Below are positions 11,946 through 25,250 of a stretch of 64,000 nt of DNA, piece after piece; within the stretch, counting starts at the first letter, position 1; every line of letters begins with the position of its first letter. The stretch spans positions 1,612,001 through 1,676,000 of the forward strand of contig MU058000.1 in NCBI GenBank assembly GCA_013265495.1, in the 5' to 3' direction. The position numbers and the translations under genes were made by a program. A model generated the notes under the pieces. That model searched no databases and had not been told where the DNA came from. It saw nothing but the letters and a program-made list of their open reading frames with translations. Origin of the DNA: Vicugna vicugna (lineage: Eukaryota).

Positions 11946-14404
11946 TCCAAAATATGCAAGTTTATAATGTGGATAAAAAGAATGGAATATAGGCTCATTT
12001 GTTTAATGAATGACGGAGGTAAACAGTTATAACTTTACATGAGTTGATTTATATTGTCTTGCAATTTATCTTGTAAACATAATCCGTCATCACAAGCTGC
12101 TTCTTTGCTTTAGTGTTCCAACTTTGCAAAGCCGCAGGAATAGACTAATAAACCGAACAGAAAATTATGAGGACATGGTGAAGGGGATCCAATTTATTGT
12201 GTTAAAAGAAAACCTTGGTTCACACAACATTTCCTGTTTTTTATGAAAGTGAGGCATACAGGGTAAACACTTAGCAGCAGTCTCTGACTAGTCTGAGCCC
12301 CTGAAATAGGTCTGAAGTTATCATAAACATGTGTGAACACACACACATATTTCTAATAAACCTTCCTGTGATCCTTCTCTCAGAAATGTAGCATAACTCA
12401 TTAAGCAGCCATCATGTTGTGGGTCAAACTTCATACCTTTGTTGGAGCATTGCTAAGCTCTACCAGGAGTTTACCACCATTGATAGTTTTATGGTTTATG
12501 ATGTGGCATTTATAAATAAAAATGTCTATTTAATAATGAGGTTTTCTATTTTAATGACGTTTATGGCAACAACTTTGTCTCTGACATTTTAGAAATTACA
12601 GCCTTGCTCTAGAAACTTGTCCTAAAGGATGGCATGTCCAGGTGAGGGTAATGAGCCATAGTTAATAATTTCCATACTTGACCGGAGTCACTCTCAGGTA
12701 CACTGAAGACCATGAGGGATTCGGCTTGGCTAAAATCCAGTCATTTTCCTCCATGAAACCTCCCTTCCATGGTATGTCTTTTTCTGCATCATTTATGACC
12801 TTTGTAATTTACTCTTTAGATTTAACCAAAATTTAAATGTACTAAAGAAGTGAAGTCAACACAAGCTATGTGCAAAAGTCTCTTGATTGCAGAGGAGAGT
12901 TGGGTGAATTTGACAAGCACTGACACTAGTTTTTACATAGGTGATCACACCCACAAGGGCTGTTGGCCCAATTTCCAACCCAAAATAATAAACCAGGGAC
13001 TCTTCACACCTCAGATATTCAGCCAATGAAAGTGATAAAGCGAATCACAATTATTGTGATGAAGGTAGCTTTCAAAATTATAAAAATTATGAATGGAAAT
13101 TTTAGGAAACAACTGATAAAATATACAACAAATGTAGTAACTGAACTCCTTTTTAAAATAATGAACTTTCATATATTTGATAATGTACAATCATAAATAA
13201 AAGTTTTTGATGAGTTCATTCCTTCTACAGAATTTTTTATTTCCATCTAGACATTATTCTTTTAAAAGGCATGGGAACTTCTGTAAGAGTCTTAAAACCA
13301 ACTTTTCTTCTTTTTATTCCTGGTTTGTGATCAGAGAAAGTGTCAGCAAGGATGTAATGTGAATAAAAAACTACCCTTAAATGTAATAATAAATGGCCAC
13401 AAGTACAAAGCTGATAAAAAAGAAAACTGTCATTAGCAACTTTTTGTATTAAAAATGTATAAATCATCAAATGAGAAAGTGCAGAATCTAGAGAAACAAC
13501 TATTAGGTGTCAAAACAATAAGCCAAGGTATGTATCACATATTTCTATAAAATCCACTTAAGGAATTTGTCACACCATTTAGAGCTATTTATGTATTGAC
13601 AGCTACAGAGAAACAAACATTCCTCTCTCTTGCTTAATCTGAATTTTCAAATTTGAGGCAAGCTAATGTTTTGCCTTATTCTTATTTTTTTCTTGAATTA
13701 TTCCCACCAACCAAGAAGTAAACTGGGCAAAGGTGTAGAAAACCCACTGCTTTCAGGCTGTGTGGATCTCAGTTTGAAATAAATTGTTGAGAGCTCTGTT
13801 TTGTGCTCGAGGAAGTTTATTTTTCTCTACAACTGATTAACGTACTTTTCCTTATTTATTTTTCAAGGGTTACATGTTCCCCCAAAATTTTGAAGTCATA
13901 CTTGTCAGAGACTGGACTAGCAATACATGATTCTAGGACTCAAGGGGAAATTTATTTTTCTGCCATCTTGACTGTGGTGAGCTGTGATTTAACAAACAGA
14001 ATTTTTATAAGATTATGAAAAGCATAGCAATGATAATTTCATAATAAATAGTTCTTAAATCTGGACACCTTTGACCTAAAAATCAACACAAAGAAATTCT
14101 TGTGTTCAGCTCTTTGCCTGCCTACATACATAGGGCATTTGGTCCGTTATTGGAAATACTGATACCTCAAAGGAACTTTTGCAGGGAAGGAGAATGTTTT
14201 CTTCCTTAAAAATCATTTATTTGAGCTGTAGTAGATTTTTTACTACAAACATGTAATGAAAATTTATAAGCTGAAAATTATGAAAATGCACTGTCCCCTT
14301 TTTTTATATGATTACTTTTATTGTCCTTTGTAATATTGTTGAAAAACTTTACCCTTTGGCCAGAAGAAAAAAAGTCTGCAAATGAGAAGGTTTCTATAGT
14401 TTTA

Positions 14405-15400
14405 AAGAATAGCCCAACCTGAGAACTACCATTATATCTATCTGCCCAGTAGCAGAATGGAAAAACAAATTTTGCGTTATATTCTCACAATGAAATACTA
14501 TACAGCAATGAAAGTAAACACTAAAACTATATCCCACAATATAGATGGATTCTTACAGAAATAACGTTGAACAAAAGAAGCGAGATATAAATAAGATACA
14601 TATTTGACTCCAGCTGTGTAAAGCACAATAACTAAACTGTGCTTTTAGAAGTCAGGGTAGTGGTTATTCTTAAGGAGTCATTTATAATGAAAGGGGAAGA
14701 ACAAAGTGGGGCTGTGCAGTGCTGTTAATGTTGTTTCCTAACCTGGGTTTGGATTACTCAGATGTATCCAATGGGTGAAGGTGTGTCAGTTTGTACATTC
14801 GTGTTATATACACTTTTTTCTATATATGAGATTAAAAATGAACACAAATGTGTTGTTACTTCTCTCATAGAAGGTCAGCATCTGCTTTCATTCCTCTTGA
14901 ATGGGCTAGTCTTAGTGACTTACTCCATCAACAGAAGGCAGAATACATGACATTCTGAGACATTTCATGCTGAGTCACCAAAAGCCTTGCAGCTTTTACC
15001 CAGGGCTGTTGGAAAACAATTTGTGGGAGTCTGGGCCATCCCATACATCTGATTACCCTGAGGCTGCCGTGCCGTGAGGGAACCCAAGTCACTTGGAAAA
15101 GCCGCGCGTTGTCTATTTTCCAGTCATCACCAGCAAGGCAAAAACTTCACTGTGTGAGTGAAGCTGTTTTAGATCCTCCAGACTAGACCATCTGTCTGCT
15201 GATTATTACTGAGTGACTGAGTTGATGTCATGTAAAAAAAGAATCACTTAGATGATTGCTAAGCAAAAATCTTACCCTCAAAATCATGATACATGATAAA
15301 ATAGCTGTTGGTTTAAGCCAAGTTATAAAGTAGGAGGTAGTTTAACACACAGCAGTAGATAACTAAAACATACATTATACTTTTGATTAAAAGTTTTTTT
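14405..15400 (+). mobile_element. L1ME 3' end interrupted by an MLT1 LTR
   Basis: 'cacaatgaaatactatacagcaatgaaa', 'ttgaacaaaagaagc', 'tagaagtcagggtagtggtta'; tail resumes at ~15370. Confidence 0.75.
14826..15369 (+). mobile_element. MLT1G-like MaLR LTR
   Basis: 'aaaagccttgcagctttt', 'ctgattaccctgaggctgcc', 'tgtgagtgaagc...gatcctccagactagacc', end 'cagcagtagataactaaaaca'. Confidence 0.8.
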
Positions 15401-16676
15401 TTTAATCTTGAGAAAGTGATTTACAATCTTTTGAAAATGTAAATTGCTCTTTGACTGACAAGTCTGCTGGTGTATAGGCTGCTAAAAAAGCTTTTAACTG
15501 AAAGTACACACAATCCATTGAAATTACTTTTGGACTAGGGTTTAGGTCTAGAGATTGTTTTTCTACAATATCACATTGTCACCAACTGCAGAAATAAGTT
15601 ATTTGATCAATATTTTGACAATAATTATAACTAAATTCAAAACATGTCCAATCACTGATGGCAAATTTCACCACTGATAATTAAATTACATTTTAACAAT
15701 GGAGTTTTTATATCATCATTTCAAGACCACAGACTTTGGATGATTTAGCAAGATTGATATGATTTTCATCTTTGACACTGAGATTTTTTTATTACCTTAA
15801 AAATGTTACACATCACCTTATTTGGTCAAAATTATTCTGTCTATTTGAAAATGTTGATACAATCAGCCCTCTTTGTTTCCTAAATTTTCATTTTGAAAAA
15901 CAGCAAACCTTAGAATTCTTTTTTAGAGTAATAGCTTTTGAATTTTTTCCTACTTGTAAGTAAAATAAATGTTTTGGTCTTATCATTAGATAAAACCTCA
16001 ATGATTGTATTTTAAAAGTGATTAGCTAAGAATAAGAAATCTCAAAGTTAGCATGCTATTAAAAGGAAAAAAAGGAAGTAGACTTATTACAAACTCTCTA
16101 TGCAAGTAATAATAGAGTATAAATGACTTTGAAGAGTTATATTAATGCTTTTGTGGACTCAGAGATAGAACAGAAAGTGACCTTAAGGGAAGATACTGCC
16201 TGCTGGTCATCACTCGGCTATTTGGTCTACACGTCCTACACTTAGAGGAGAGCTGGAATTGGTGTACTTGCTGTAACATGGCAACAGAATGAAACTCCAG
16301 ATGCTCACAGATGGTAAGCCCACAAACTTAATTAAAACTCATGCTTTATTATCCCAAAACAGGAAAATTAAGAACGCCTTGCCCAAAGAAAATGTTTATG
16401 TTTTCTCTGTCTCATCTCTAACCATCCAGAAAACTTTAAGGGTCATGGAAATGGGAAAAAAAAAATCTTGTTGCCAGATAAGGGAGTACATTAGAGTTAC
16501 AGACCATTAACCTAAACATTACTTCAAATCTGAGTTCAACAAACAATTATAAATTGTGCACTAAGTATGGAGTACTGTATTATTGATTTAATCAGGGTTT
16601 AATGAGAATATTATAGAAAGGAATTAAGTACAAGCTTCCATCACTAAATATGTGTTGAGTACTTATACTCTGGACA

Positions 16677-16750
16677 TTATATATATATATATATACACGC
16701 ACACACACACACACAGTATATACATACATATATACTATAAATATATATGA
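16677..16750. repeat. (TA)n(CA)n compound microsatellite
   Basis: Seen directly. Confidence 0.9.
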
Positions 16751-17819
16751 GTATAAATTTTTCTTGTAATTGTTTGGACAATTTTACTTTCTCTTCAGAG
16801 ATACTGAAATGAGATTAACTGACCATTCTGTGTGTATTTATATGCACTTTAGACTCTTAGAAGTTTTTTTTTCTTTATATTGCAAACCTCTAATTATATT
16901 CTTACATAGGCTTGTACTTAGGTAGATAATATTGAAATTTAAGTATTATATTTTTTGGTCAATGCAGTTCCTTTTTTCTCTGGGTGCTCCCTGTGGACCT
17001 GATTGTACTGTAGCCAGAAGAGTAGAAATATAGAAGGAATGGTCTCTCATAGCTCGACTTGGAAGCGTTTTATTGCCTGCTAGATCTTTCTTTAGTCTTC
17101 ATGGAAGAAGCGTGACAGTTTAAAACAATATTACCTCTCTTGAAAATAAATACTGTCTCTCCCTTTCAAGCTGCATTAACTTTCTTCATAGAAATATGAA
17201 AATATCTAAATTGTTTTCCTCTTGTTGACAAGTTATGTATTATCTGTTATCTGTAAATTTATCTTTCCTGAAAGCTAACATCCATATTTGTAGGTATCCA
17301 GAGGACCAGAATTCAAATTACCTTATACCAATTATTCAATACTTTAAAAAGTAAAATAGTTATTTATCTGAATATCCAGATTCTATGCTATCAAATTATT
17401 TTACTGTATTTAAATCTACTGATTTTTTTAGATTAATTTTGAAGACAGTCACATATTTAAGCTATCTTATCTACTCTAATCATTCCTTTTGGTTTGTCTT
17501 TGACAACTTTCCTGCTTTTTTATGGTCAACTGTATTTTTTATCTAAGATAGTTATATTTTCTAAGTAGAATAGTTTATTTTAGCAGTTTGTACATTTATA
17601 TTTTTCATTTTGTTTCAGCTAGAGAATCTAATTCCTCATAATGATCATGATTTTTGTCTTCACTTTTCCCACATTTCTGTACTTAATTTAGTTTTCTTGC
17701 CTTACTTCAAATGCTCACAATTTACAATGCTCATTGGTAGGCATATAGTCACCAGTGGAGTGATCACAGATAGACTTTAATGAGACTGTGTTTGGTAGAT
17801 TTATTCATAAGAGTCCAAG

Positions 17820-18255
17820 ATTGGGAATAATCAAAATACCTATCAAGGATAAAGTGGATTTTAAAAAATTGTAATATTTTCATGTAATGAAAACTACACA
17901 TCATTAAAAATGACAACAAGCTACTGATACATGCAATTGTGTAGATAAATCCCAAAAAAGTTACATCAAGAAAGCAGACACAAAGGATATTTTATAATTC
18001 CATTTATATGAAATTCAAGAATAGACAACATTAATTATTGGAGATAAAGGTTGGAATAGTAGTTCCCTGTAGGATGGAGGATATTATTTGGACTTAAAGG
18101 GATCTCTTGGGACATTTTATGATGCAAGAATTGTTCAACAGTTTAATATTTTGATCTCGGGGGGTAGTTATAATACAAATGCATAATTACAGAAAATGTA
18201 TTTAGCTGTGTAGTTAAAATTTATGAATTTTATTGTACCTATTTTATCTCAAAAG
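17820..18255 (+). mobile_element. L1ME 3' end
   Basis: 'aagctactgatacatgcaa', 'attccatttatatgaaattcaagaatag', 'gttaaaatttatgaattttattgta'. Confidence 0.75.
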
Positions 18256-18785
18256 AGTGAAACTAATTACAACAGCAGAAGAATAATGCAAAGAAACTTT
18301 CTCTTTTAGCTAAGTTGGAGTAGTTTGTGGTAGGTAAGTGATCCCACTTGAAAAAAGGGAAAAACAAAACAGATAGGCTATGTAAAATTAGAAAAACGAT
18401 TTGTTTGAGGGTATCAGTGAGTTTCCAAGGCAACCAGAACTCGCGGAGCCAAGACCTGTGCATCGTATGAGCCACTTTTGCCTTCATGGTGTTTGCAATT
18501 CATGAACACAAGAGATAGAGAAATCCAGGCAGAAGGCCATGGAGAAAAGGTAGAAAAACTGGCAGAACTTTGAGGGATGACATAAGTCTGAGGAAATCAA
18601 AATAGAAATTCAGTACAGCCAAGGCAGCTAGGACTTAAAGTGTCAAGATGATGGTGGGTCAATCCTAAACAATTCGGTTTTCTCTTTATGGTATTTGCAG
18701 ATTGTATTTTTCAAGGCAGGAAACTAAAGAGCTAAGCAGAAAGCCATTAACAAGTAGAGCAACTTATCTGCAGTCTTACAGAGCT

Positions 18786-19429
18786 TGTTGCTGGACCAGA
18801 CTTGGGCCCACTCACCCAACGTGCAGCAAAGCCAATCTACTAACACTGGGTTATGATGAAGGAAAGGAGGGTGTTCATTGTACAGCCAAGCAAGGAAAAT
18901 AGGCAGCTGTTGTTCAAAGACCCCAAATTCCCCAATGGCTTTCAGGGAAAGGTTTTTAAAGACAATGTGAAAGAGAGGATTGTGGGGTTCACGATCAGCT
19001 TGTACCCAGTTCTCTGAGTGGTTGATGGTGAGGTAACAGGTGATGTTTTGGGAATCTCAGTCATCAGCTTTTTGGATCTAACCTGTTTCAGGTCTACCTG
19101 CTTGTAGTCAGCTTGCAGTTAACTTGTTCTTCCTGGTGGGGGTTTTGGTAGCTGCAAAACAACTCAGAGTTACAGCTCAGGATATTATCTGTAGCTCTGG
19201 AGGAGGAACAAAAGCCTTTGACTTTGTCTTATGGCTAAACTATTATTATTTTGTCTGGCTTGACTGTTTTCCTTTGTTTCTATGTTTTCTTACTTCTCTG
19301 ATTAAATTTGCTCTTTGGAACTGAGGGAAGGCCTGGGAGGCTAAAACTTTTTTTTTTACAAACAAGAGAGGCAGGGGATATGGGAGGGCCTGTCCCTGGG
19401 AAGGCCCCATAGGGTCCTCTTTGGTTTCA
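18786..19429 (-). mobile_element. ERV1-class solo LTR, 644 bp, with a perfect 4-bp TSD (AGCT)
   Basis: TG...CA termini; AGCT at 18782-18785 and 19430-19433; a 4-bp TSD is typical of class I (gamma-like) ERVs. Confidence 0.9.
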
Positions 19430-19945
19430 AGCTGAAGAGACAAAATAATGGAATTCACAGACAACTAAAGAAAAGAAGCCCTAGTTATCACCAGAGATGT
19501 TCATATAGGATCCATGGAGAGCCACTCCTTAGCAGTGCGAGTGTTTAAGATACTGGCAAGACTGAGTCTCTAAGTCAATCCAATTACTGGTTCAGTATAG
19601 TTTCCTCCAAGCTACCTATCAGAGGATAGAATGAACCTTCTCTAGATAAAGAATACATCTCCTAGAACTTCCACAATTTATCAGACATGAAGACTGATAT
19701 TAAAAAATAATACCAGATATACCAAGAAAAACAACCAAAAGAAAGATAAAGCATCTAGAGGAATTGACTCTTGGAAGACCTATTATCAAAGTTATGGGAC
19801 ATAGATGTTAAAATAACTACGATTAGTAAGTTGAAGAAAACAGATTACAAGGTACAAGAAAACAGATTTGGTGCAGATTACACCAAAGTCCCAGACAATG
19901 TAAAAGAAAATAGAGGAAAATTCTTGAATGAAAAATGGAATAATT

Positions 19946-20103
19946 AATATATCAATCATAGTTCATTTGCTGTGGTAAATGTACCATATTAAGGTAAAAT
20001 GTTAGCAATAGAGGAAACTGGATGTAGGATGTAGGGAATTCTGTGCACTATTTTTGAAACTTTTTGGTAAGTATAAAACTATTCTAAAATTAAAAGTTTA
20101 TTT
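19946..20103 (+). mobile_element. Short L1MC/MD-like 3'-end insertion with a 14-bp TSD
   Basis: 'aaatgtaccatattaaggtaaaatgttagcaatagaggaaactgg...aaaactattctaaaattaaaagtttattt'; aaaatggaataatt at 19932-19945 and 20104-20117. Confidence 0.85.
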
Positions 20104-22349
20104 AAAATGGAATAATTGACATTATGACCTTAAATGTGAATTAAGAACAGATTTTATAGAGAAAAAGAAAGGATTTATCAAAGAATGACATAAGCAGAAA
20201 CTATCTGGCTTGAAGAATGAAGAACAAATGAATAGAAAATTTCAGAAGAAAATAAGATAACTATGCAAAAAAGTGAGAAATTCTCACTTTTGTCATTGCA
20301 GCCCCAGGAAAAGAGAATAAAAAGAAAGGCATATAAACAATATTGGAAGGGATAATGGACAAGACTTCTCCAAAACTGAAGATATCAAACCACATATTTA
20401 AAAAGCTCTACAAAACAATCAGGATAAATATATAGAACATGACACCTGAGCATATCGATGTGTCACTCTTGGAAAGCAAACACAAAAAGAAAATCTTAAA
20501 AGCATCTAGAAAATCAATAAAACTGATAGTAACTTCTCAACAAAAATGAAGAAAAGAACATAACGAAATAACATCTTTAAAACGCTAAAAACATCATCCA
20601 TCTTAAAATTCTATACTTGATGGAAGTATCCTTCAAAAGTGAAAGCAAAAAAGGACATTTCCAAACAAAGACTGAGAAATGGACACCTTCCCTCAGAACA
20701 TTTGCATGAAGTTCTTCAGGGAGAAGGAGAATCATTCTAGTTGGAAACATGGAAATGAAGAAGACTGGAATATTGATGATATTAAAAAATAATATGAACA
20801 CTGATGGTATAGAGTAATGATAAGTATAATACAGGGCTTACCAACACATACATACATACCATCCATACATAAATACATATATATATATATATCTGTGTGT
20901 ATGATTTTATGCAGCAATAATATAAAAATTTGGACTAGGATTGGAGATAAATGGAGTTAAAGTGTTCTAAAATCCATGCCTTGTCCACCAAGGGGTAAGA
21001 AACTAATTTGAAGTACACTGAAATTATATACATATGTGTGTGTGTGTATGCATGTATATATCTGTTTTCATTTATCTTTTAATGTATATATACACACATA
21101 TAAATTTTCTTTCTCAATCCCTCTCTCTCTCCTGTCTCTCATTTAACTTTCTTTTTTTCTCCTTTAGAGTTAGCTCATTTACAGATAAGCTGTTTGGTTT
21201 GCGGTGGGTTATTGGTACAGCATTTGGAATATCTGTGAAGAATCCTCCTCTGTTCACAGTCAGGATCCTTTATTAATAAACATTTATCAGGCAACACTGA
21301 CATATTTTCCTATTGCTACTGATACTGTACCTGTTCTATGACCTAAAGAATTTAAGTCTGTGCTGATAATTTGGCACCTTTCAGTTGCATCACATTCACT
21401 TGAAAGGAGAACAAGAAGAAACAAATAAAAAGCAAGTTATATAAAAAAAGTGATAGCTCCGAGTTTAAATAGAATGAAATATCATTATGACAACTGGTGT
21501 TTTGTCCCCTAACTTAACTTGTGACACATATTTCTACACATATTTAGATATTTTTGCTAATTGGTATGTTTGAAGGTTGCAGTAGGGTTGTGACCATGAG
21601 AAAATCTGTAAGGACATATAAAACAAAAGTAATAAGGTGGCGGTGACAGAGCAAAGGTATATCACCATTCCAAGAAGATAGAATGATAAATTATCTGCGG
21701 GGATGGTTCTAGGGGGCCCAGTTCTTCAAGTTACCTGCTTCCCCTCTAGCACAGAGCTCTCATTGCCTTACAGTGGAACTCTGATCTTGAAAAGAAAATT
21801 GGAGTCAGGAGAATTGAGTCCATTCTTATGCCCTACCTTTGCAATAATTTTAAAGGACATATGTCTTTCAAATAATTCTGTTGGGTTTGATGGTGGTGAC
21901 AAGAGGTCAGTAAATACACTTATGATAGAAGGAAGAGATAGAAATATATTAAAGGGAAAACCCCAGATCACAGCAATAAACTCCTCTCACAGAGCTGAAC
22001 ATAAAAAGAAATACCTTTAAAGGAGCTTAAATCAGCAACCTTTGGAAATGTGTAAAGTTTCAGTTTGTGCAGTTCTTTTTTCTTTTTTAATCTAAAAGAA
22101 AGGTCTTTGAAATCTTGTCAGAAATCATTTATTAGTTTGCAAGTTTCCACTTAGAATTCAGTGCAATTCAAGGAGAGATCTGGAGAGGCATGTTTATCTG
22201 GTGCTTTTGGCATCCCCTGTACTTAGGGTGACTCATGACCTGTGAGAATCAATGAATCTTTATTAAATATGTTCACAGCTTGCTGCCTCCAATGCCTCTC
22301 CCAGCACCTTATGCATACTTGGGCTGTGGAACTGACAACACTGACTTCC

Positions 22350-22475
22350 ATTGCACTCTGGGTTCCTTAAGGGCAAAGACTATTTCTTCATTCGGCTCTG
22401 TACCTCTATAGCATATGGCAGAGTACTGGCTGCAAGTGGAAATTAATAAAAAGCTTCCTAAATGCATAAATGGTT
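22350..22475 (+). mobile_element. L2 3' end
   Basis: 'gttccttaagggcaaagactatttc...ctctgtacctctatagca...aataaaaagcttcctaaatgcataaatg'. Confidence 0.6.
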
Positions 22476-22679
22476 AAAGAGAACTGAAATTTTAGGTTAA
22501 TGGTGGGATGTGGCATGTTGCCCCATCTCTTCTAATGTGTCAAGGAATACCTGATTTTCAACATAGAATTTCATAAATTTGTTTGTTTGGAAGGTTAAGA
22601 TCCAGAAAAATGAGACAATGAGACTGGGAGTCAGACGTAAGAGGCAGTATTACAAGATAATAAGGTGTTTCAAGGTCAA

Positions 22680-23860
22680 CATCTATTAACTCAGACATTT
22701 ATTCCTAATGAATATGTGCCACCAAATATTCTGGTTTTGGAAATTAGCTTAGTGAAAGATATTTGCACAGTAGGGACAGAGTAATGAGGAAGGCAGTCAT
22801 TGCAAAACATACCTTCTGGAGGTGGAAGATAAACCATGAACCTCTTGTCAGTGCACACACAGACAAGGAAATGAGATGCTGATAAATGGCATGAAGAAGA
22901 TTAAAGAGGTGAAGTGGCTGGCATGGGGGCATCTCATCTAGTGTGACCTGAGAAGTGCTCTCTGAAGAGGTGACATTTGATTGGACAAAGAAGCAGCCAT
23001 GTGAAGATATGGAGAAAGAAATAGCAAAAACAGCAAATGGAAGGGTCTGATATTAGAAGAAGCTATATATGTTCAAGAGACAGGAAAAATATGCCACTGT
23101 GGATGAGTATGTTGAATGAGCGGTAGAGTGGGTAGAGATTAAGGTGAAGAGCAGGATATATAATATGTTTTAGTGGATTTCACATACAGGGCTACTGTTT
23201 ACTGGTACGTACTTGAGGGTGTCAGTTGTTAAGGTGTTGAAATTCTTCTTTATTACTTGATGAATGGTCACTGACCAACACCCTCAAAATGCCTACTTTG
23301 ATGACTCCATCCCATACCTAGGTCCCTGTGGTCTTCTTCATGAGTCAGCAACTAAAGGGCAAATGTGATCCATAGCAGGTAGCCTCTGGGGCCTTGCTCA
23401 GCACTCTCACCTGGGCATGGTCTGATCCTTAGTGTTCATGCTGTGCCCAGAGATAAATATTTTGAATATCACTTCTGATTTGGGCAACAGAGGGAGATCT
23501 ATGTAGATTTTACTCAAAGAGCAATGGGAAGCTATTGGAGACTTTCACACAAAGCAGAACAATGACCTGATTTAAACTTTAAAAAGATTACCCTGGGTGT
23601 TCTATGGAGGGTGTACAGCCAGTAGGAGAAACTGGAAACAGGAGCCCCAACAAGGGCAGATTATTTATAGATGAGAAGTGATGGTGGCTTAGATTGGACT
23701 TGAAGCAATAGAGATAACAGTCAGATTCAGGATATAGTTTAGAGATAGAGATATTTATTTTATTTTAATGAATGTTTGGGATAGGGGATTGGAAAGGCAG
23801 AGGGGGATCAAGAATGATTCTTAATTTATTAACCAGAGCAACTGGGTGTGTAGTGATGCA
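22680..23860 (-). mobile_element. L2a-like fragment, interrupted at 23187-23478
   Basis: 'ctctctgaagaggtgacatttga', 'gcagccatgtgaagat', 'gcaatgggaagctattggag', 'aaaagattaccctgg', 'gatggtggcttag'. Confidence 0.8.
23187..23478. mobile_element. hAT-Tip100-like DNA transposon relic (Arthur1-like)
   Basis: cagg...tctg ends; terminal 'taaatattttgaatatcacttctg'; interrupts the L2. Confidence 0.45.
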
Positions 23861-23864
23861 ACAC

Positions 23865-25250
23865 AGACAAATGCCGAGCCCCCGATATGGCGCCATTGCT
23901 TCGGAAGATGAACTGGTTACCTAATGGCAAATTGATTATGTAAGCATATTCCAAGAGTGGGCAAGAATCTCAACCAGCACCATATCCAAGGGCTTATGAT
24001 GTGTTTGATCCACTGGCATGAGATCCTGTAAAATATCACATAACGCTAAGTAACTGACTTCACAGCAAAAACAGTTCATGAAATGACCCATAACCATGGT
24101 ATCAGTTGGTCATATCACATACTATACTCCAAAGAAGCTGGAGCACCAGACTGGAGCAAAACTTTTCAGAAATGGGATGCCATCCTTCAGGACACAGTGT
24201 GCACCTTGACTTAAGGAGATTTATATGCTATTTTTTCCCCAGTAGGAAGACTACACGGGCTCAAAATACTCAAATTCCCACTGACTGTCACTTCCAATGG
24301 CTCACTTGGGGAATATGTGCTTCCTGCCCCCATATCTCTGGGTTTTGTAGGGTCAGAGGTCCTGGTTCCCCATGGGGAATACATGCTAGAGGACATGGCA
24401 GAAGTGTCACTGAATTGTAACCTTGACTTCTAGCAGGGCATCTTGGGTTCCTTGTGTTCAGGGACTGTCAAGCAAGAAGAGGCATCATCGTCTTGGATTA
24501 CTAAGCACTGATCATCAAAAAGATGATGTTGTTACACAATAAAGATAGGGATCTACTGAGGCTCCAAGCTATCCACTTGACTAACTCTTTTTATTGTCTG
24601 ACACAATTGTTGTGGTAAATGGTCTTGTGCAGTAATCACAGCCTGTTATGGGCTGGATTCTGTCCCTCCCATATGTCAAAGCACTAACTTTTTATGTGAC
24701 TTTAAGAAAGGGCCTGTGAGGAAGTGATAAAAATGCAAGTAAAGTCATGGGCTGTAATCAGATTCCACTGGAATCCTTCTAAGAGGATGAGACACCAGAG
24801 AGCTTGCTCTCTTTCCACAAGCACACAGAGAAGAGGCCAGGGAAGGCCACAGGGAGAAAGTGGTCATCTACAAGCCAGGAAAAGAAGCCTTATCAGAAAC
24901 CAGCTCTGAAAGAAACTTTATCTTAGAACTGTAAGAAAATAAACCTCTCTTGTTTCAGCTGCTCCCTCTGTGATATTCTGTTACGGCAGCCTCCATCACC
25001 TCAGAATGACATGTTGACTCAAAGAGAGAATCTGGGGAGTATCACCAGGGAAGCCACTGCGGCAAGCAGACTTTCCCCCTGAGCAGCAGGTCTGGCTCAC
25101 TCATCAGACCAGCTGTCACAGTGGTGGCTGTATCTTGCTCATGAAGCTTTCTCCTCTAAGTTTCCTCTAGCTGAGAGGCCCACCAGATACCTGGAGGAAC
25201 CACGCACCAGACACGTGTGAAGAAGTGGCTTTGACCCACAAGAGGTGGCC
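23865..25250 (+). mobile_element. ERVL-class internal relic (integrase to 3' region; HERV16/ERV3-16A3-like), interrupted by MLT1A
   Basis: 'gagcccccgatatggcgccatt...ggcaaattgattat', 'tggtcatatcacatac', 'atgggatgccatccttcagga', 'cacttggggaatatgtgcttcctg'; directly abuts an LTR16. Confidence 0.75.
24644..24991 (+). mobile_element. MLT1A-like MaLR LTR
   Basis: 'tgttatgggctggatt', 'gagacaccagagagcttgctctct', 'catctacaagccagga', 'agaactgtaagaaaataaa'. Confidence 0.85.

Larger units (their letters stand above)
18330..21020 (+). mobile_element. Degraded old L1M 5' UTR/ORF1 region with nested insertions
   Basis: A-rich ORF1-like relics ('aaagaaaatcttaaaagcatctagaaa', 'aaaattctatacttgatggaagtatccttcaaaagtgaaagcaaaaaaggacatttcc'). 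Confidence 0.65.
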
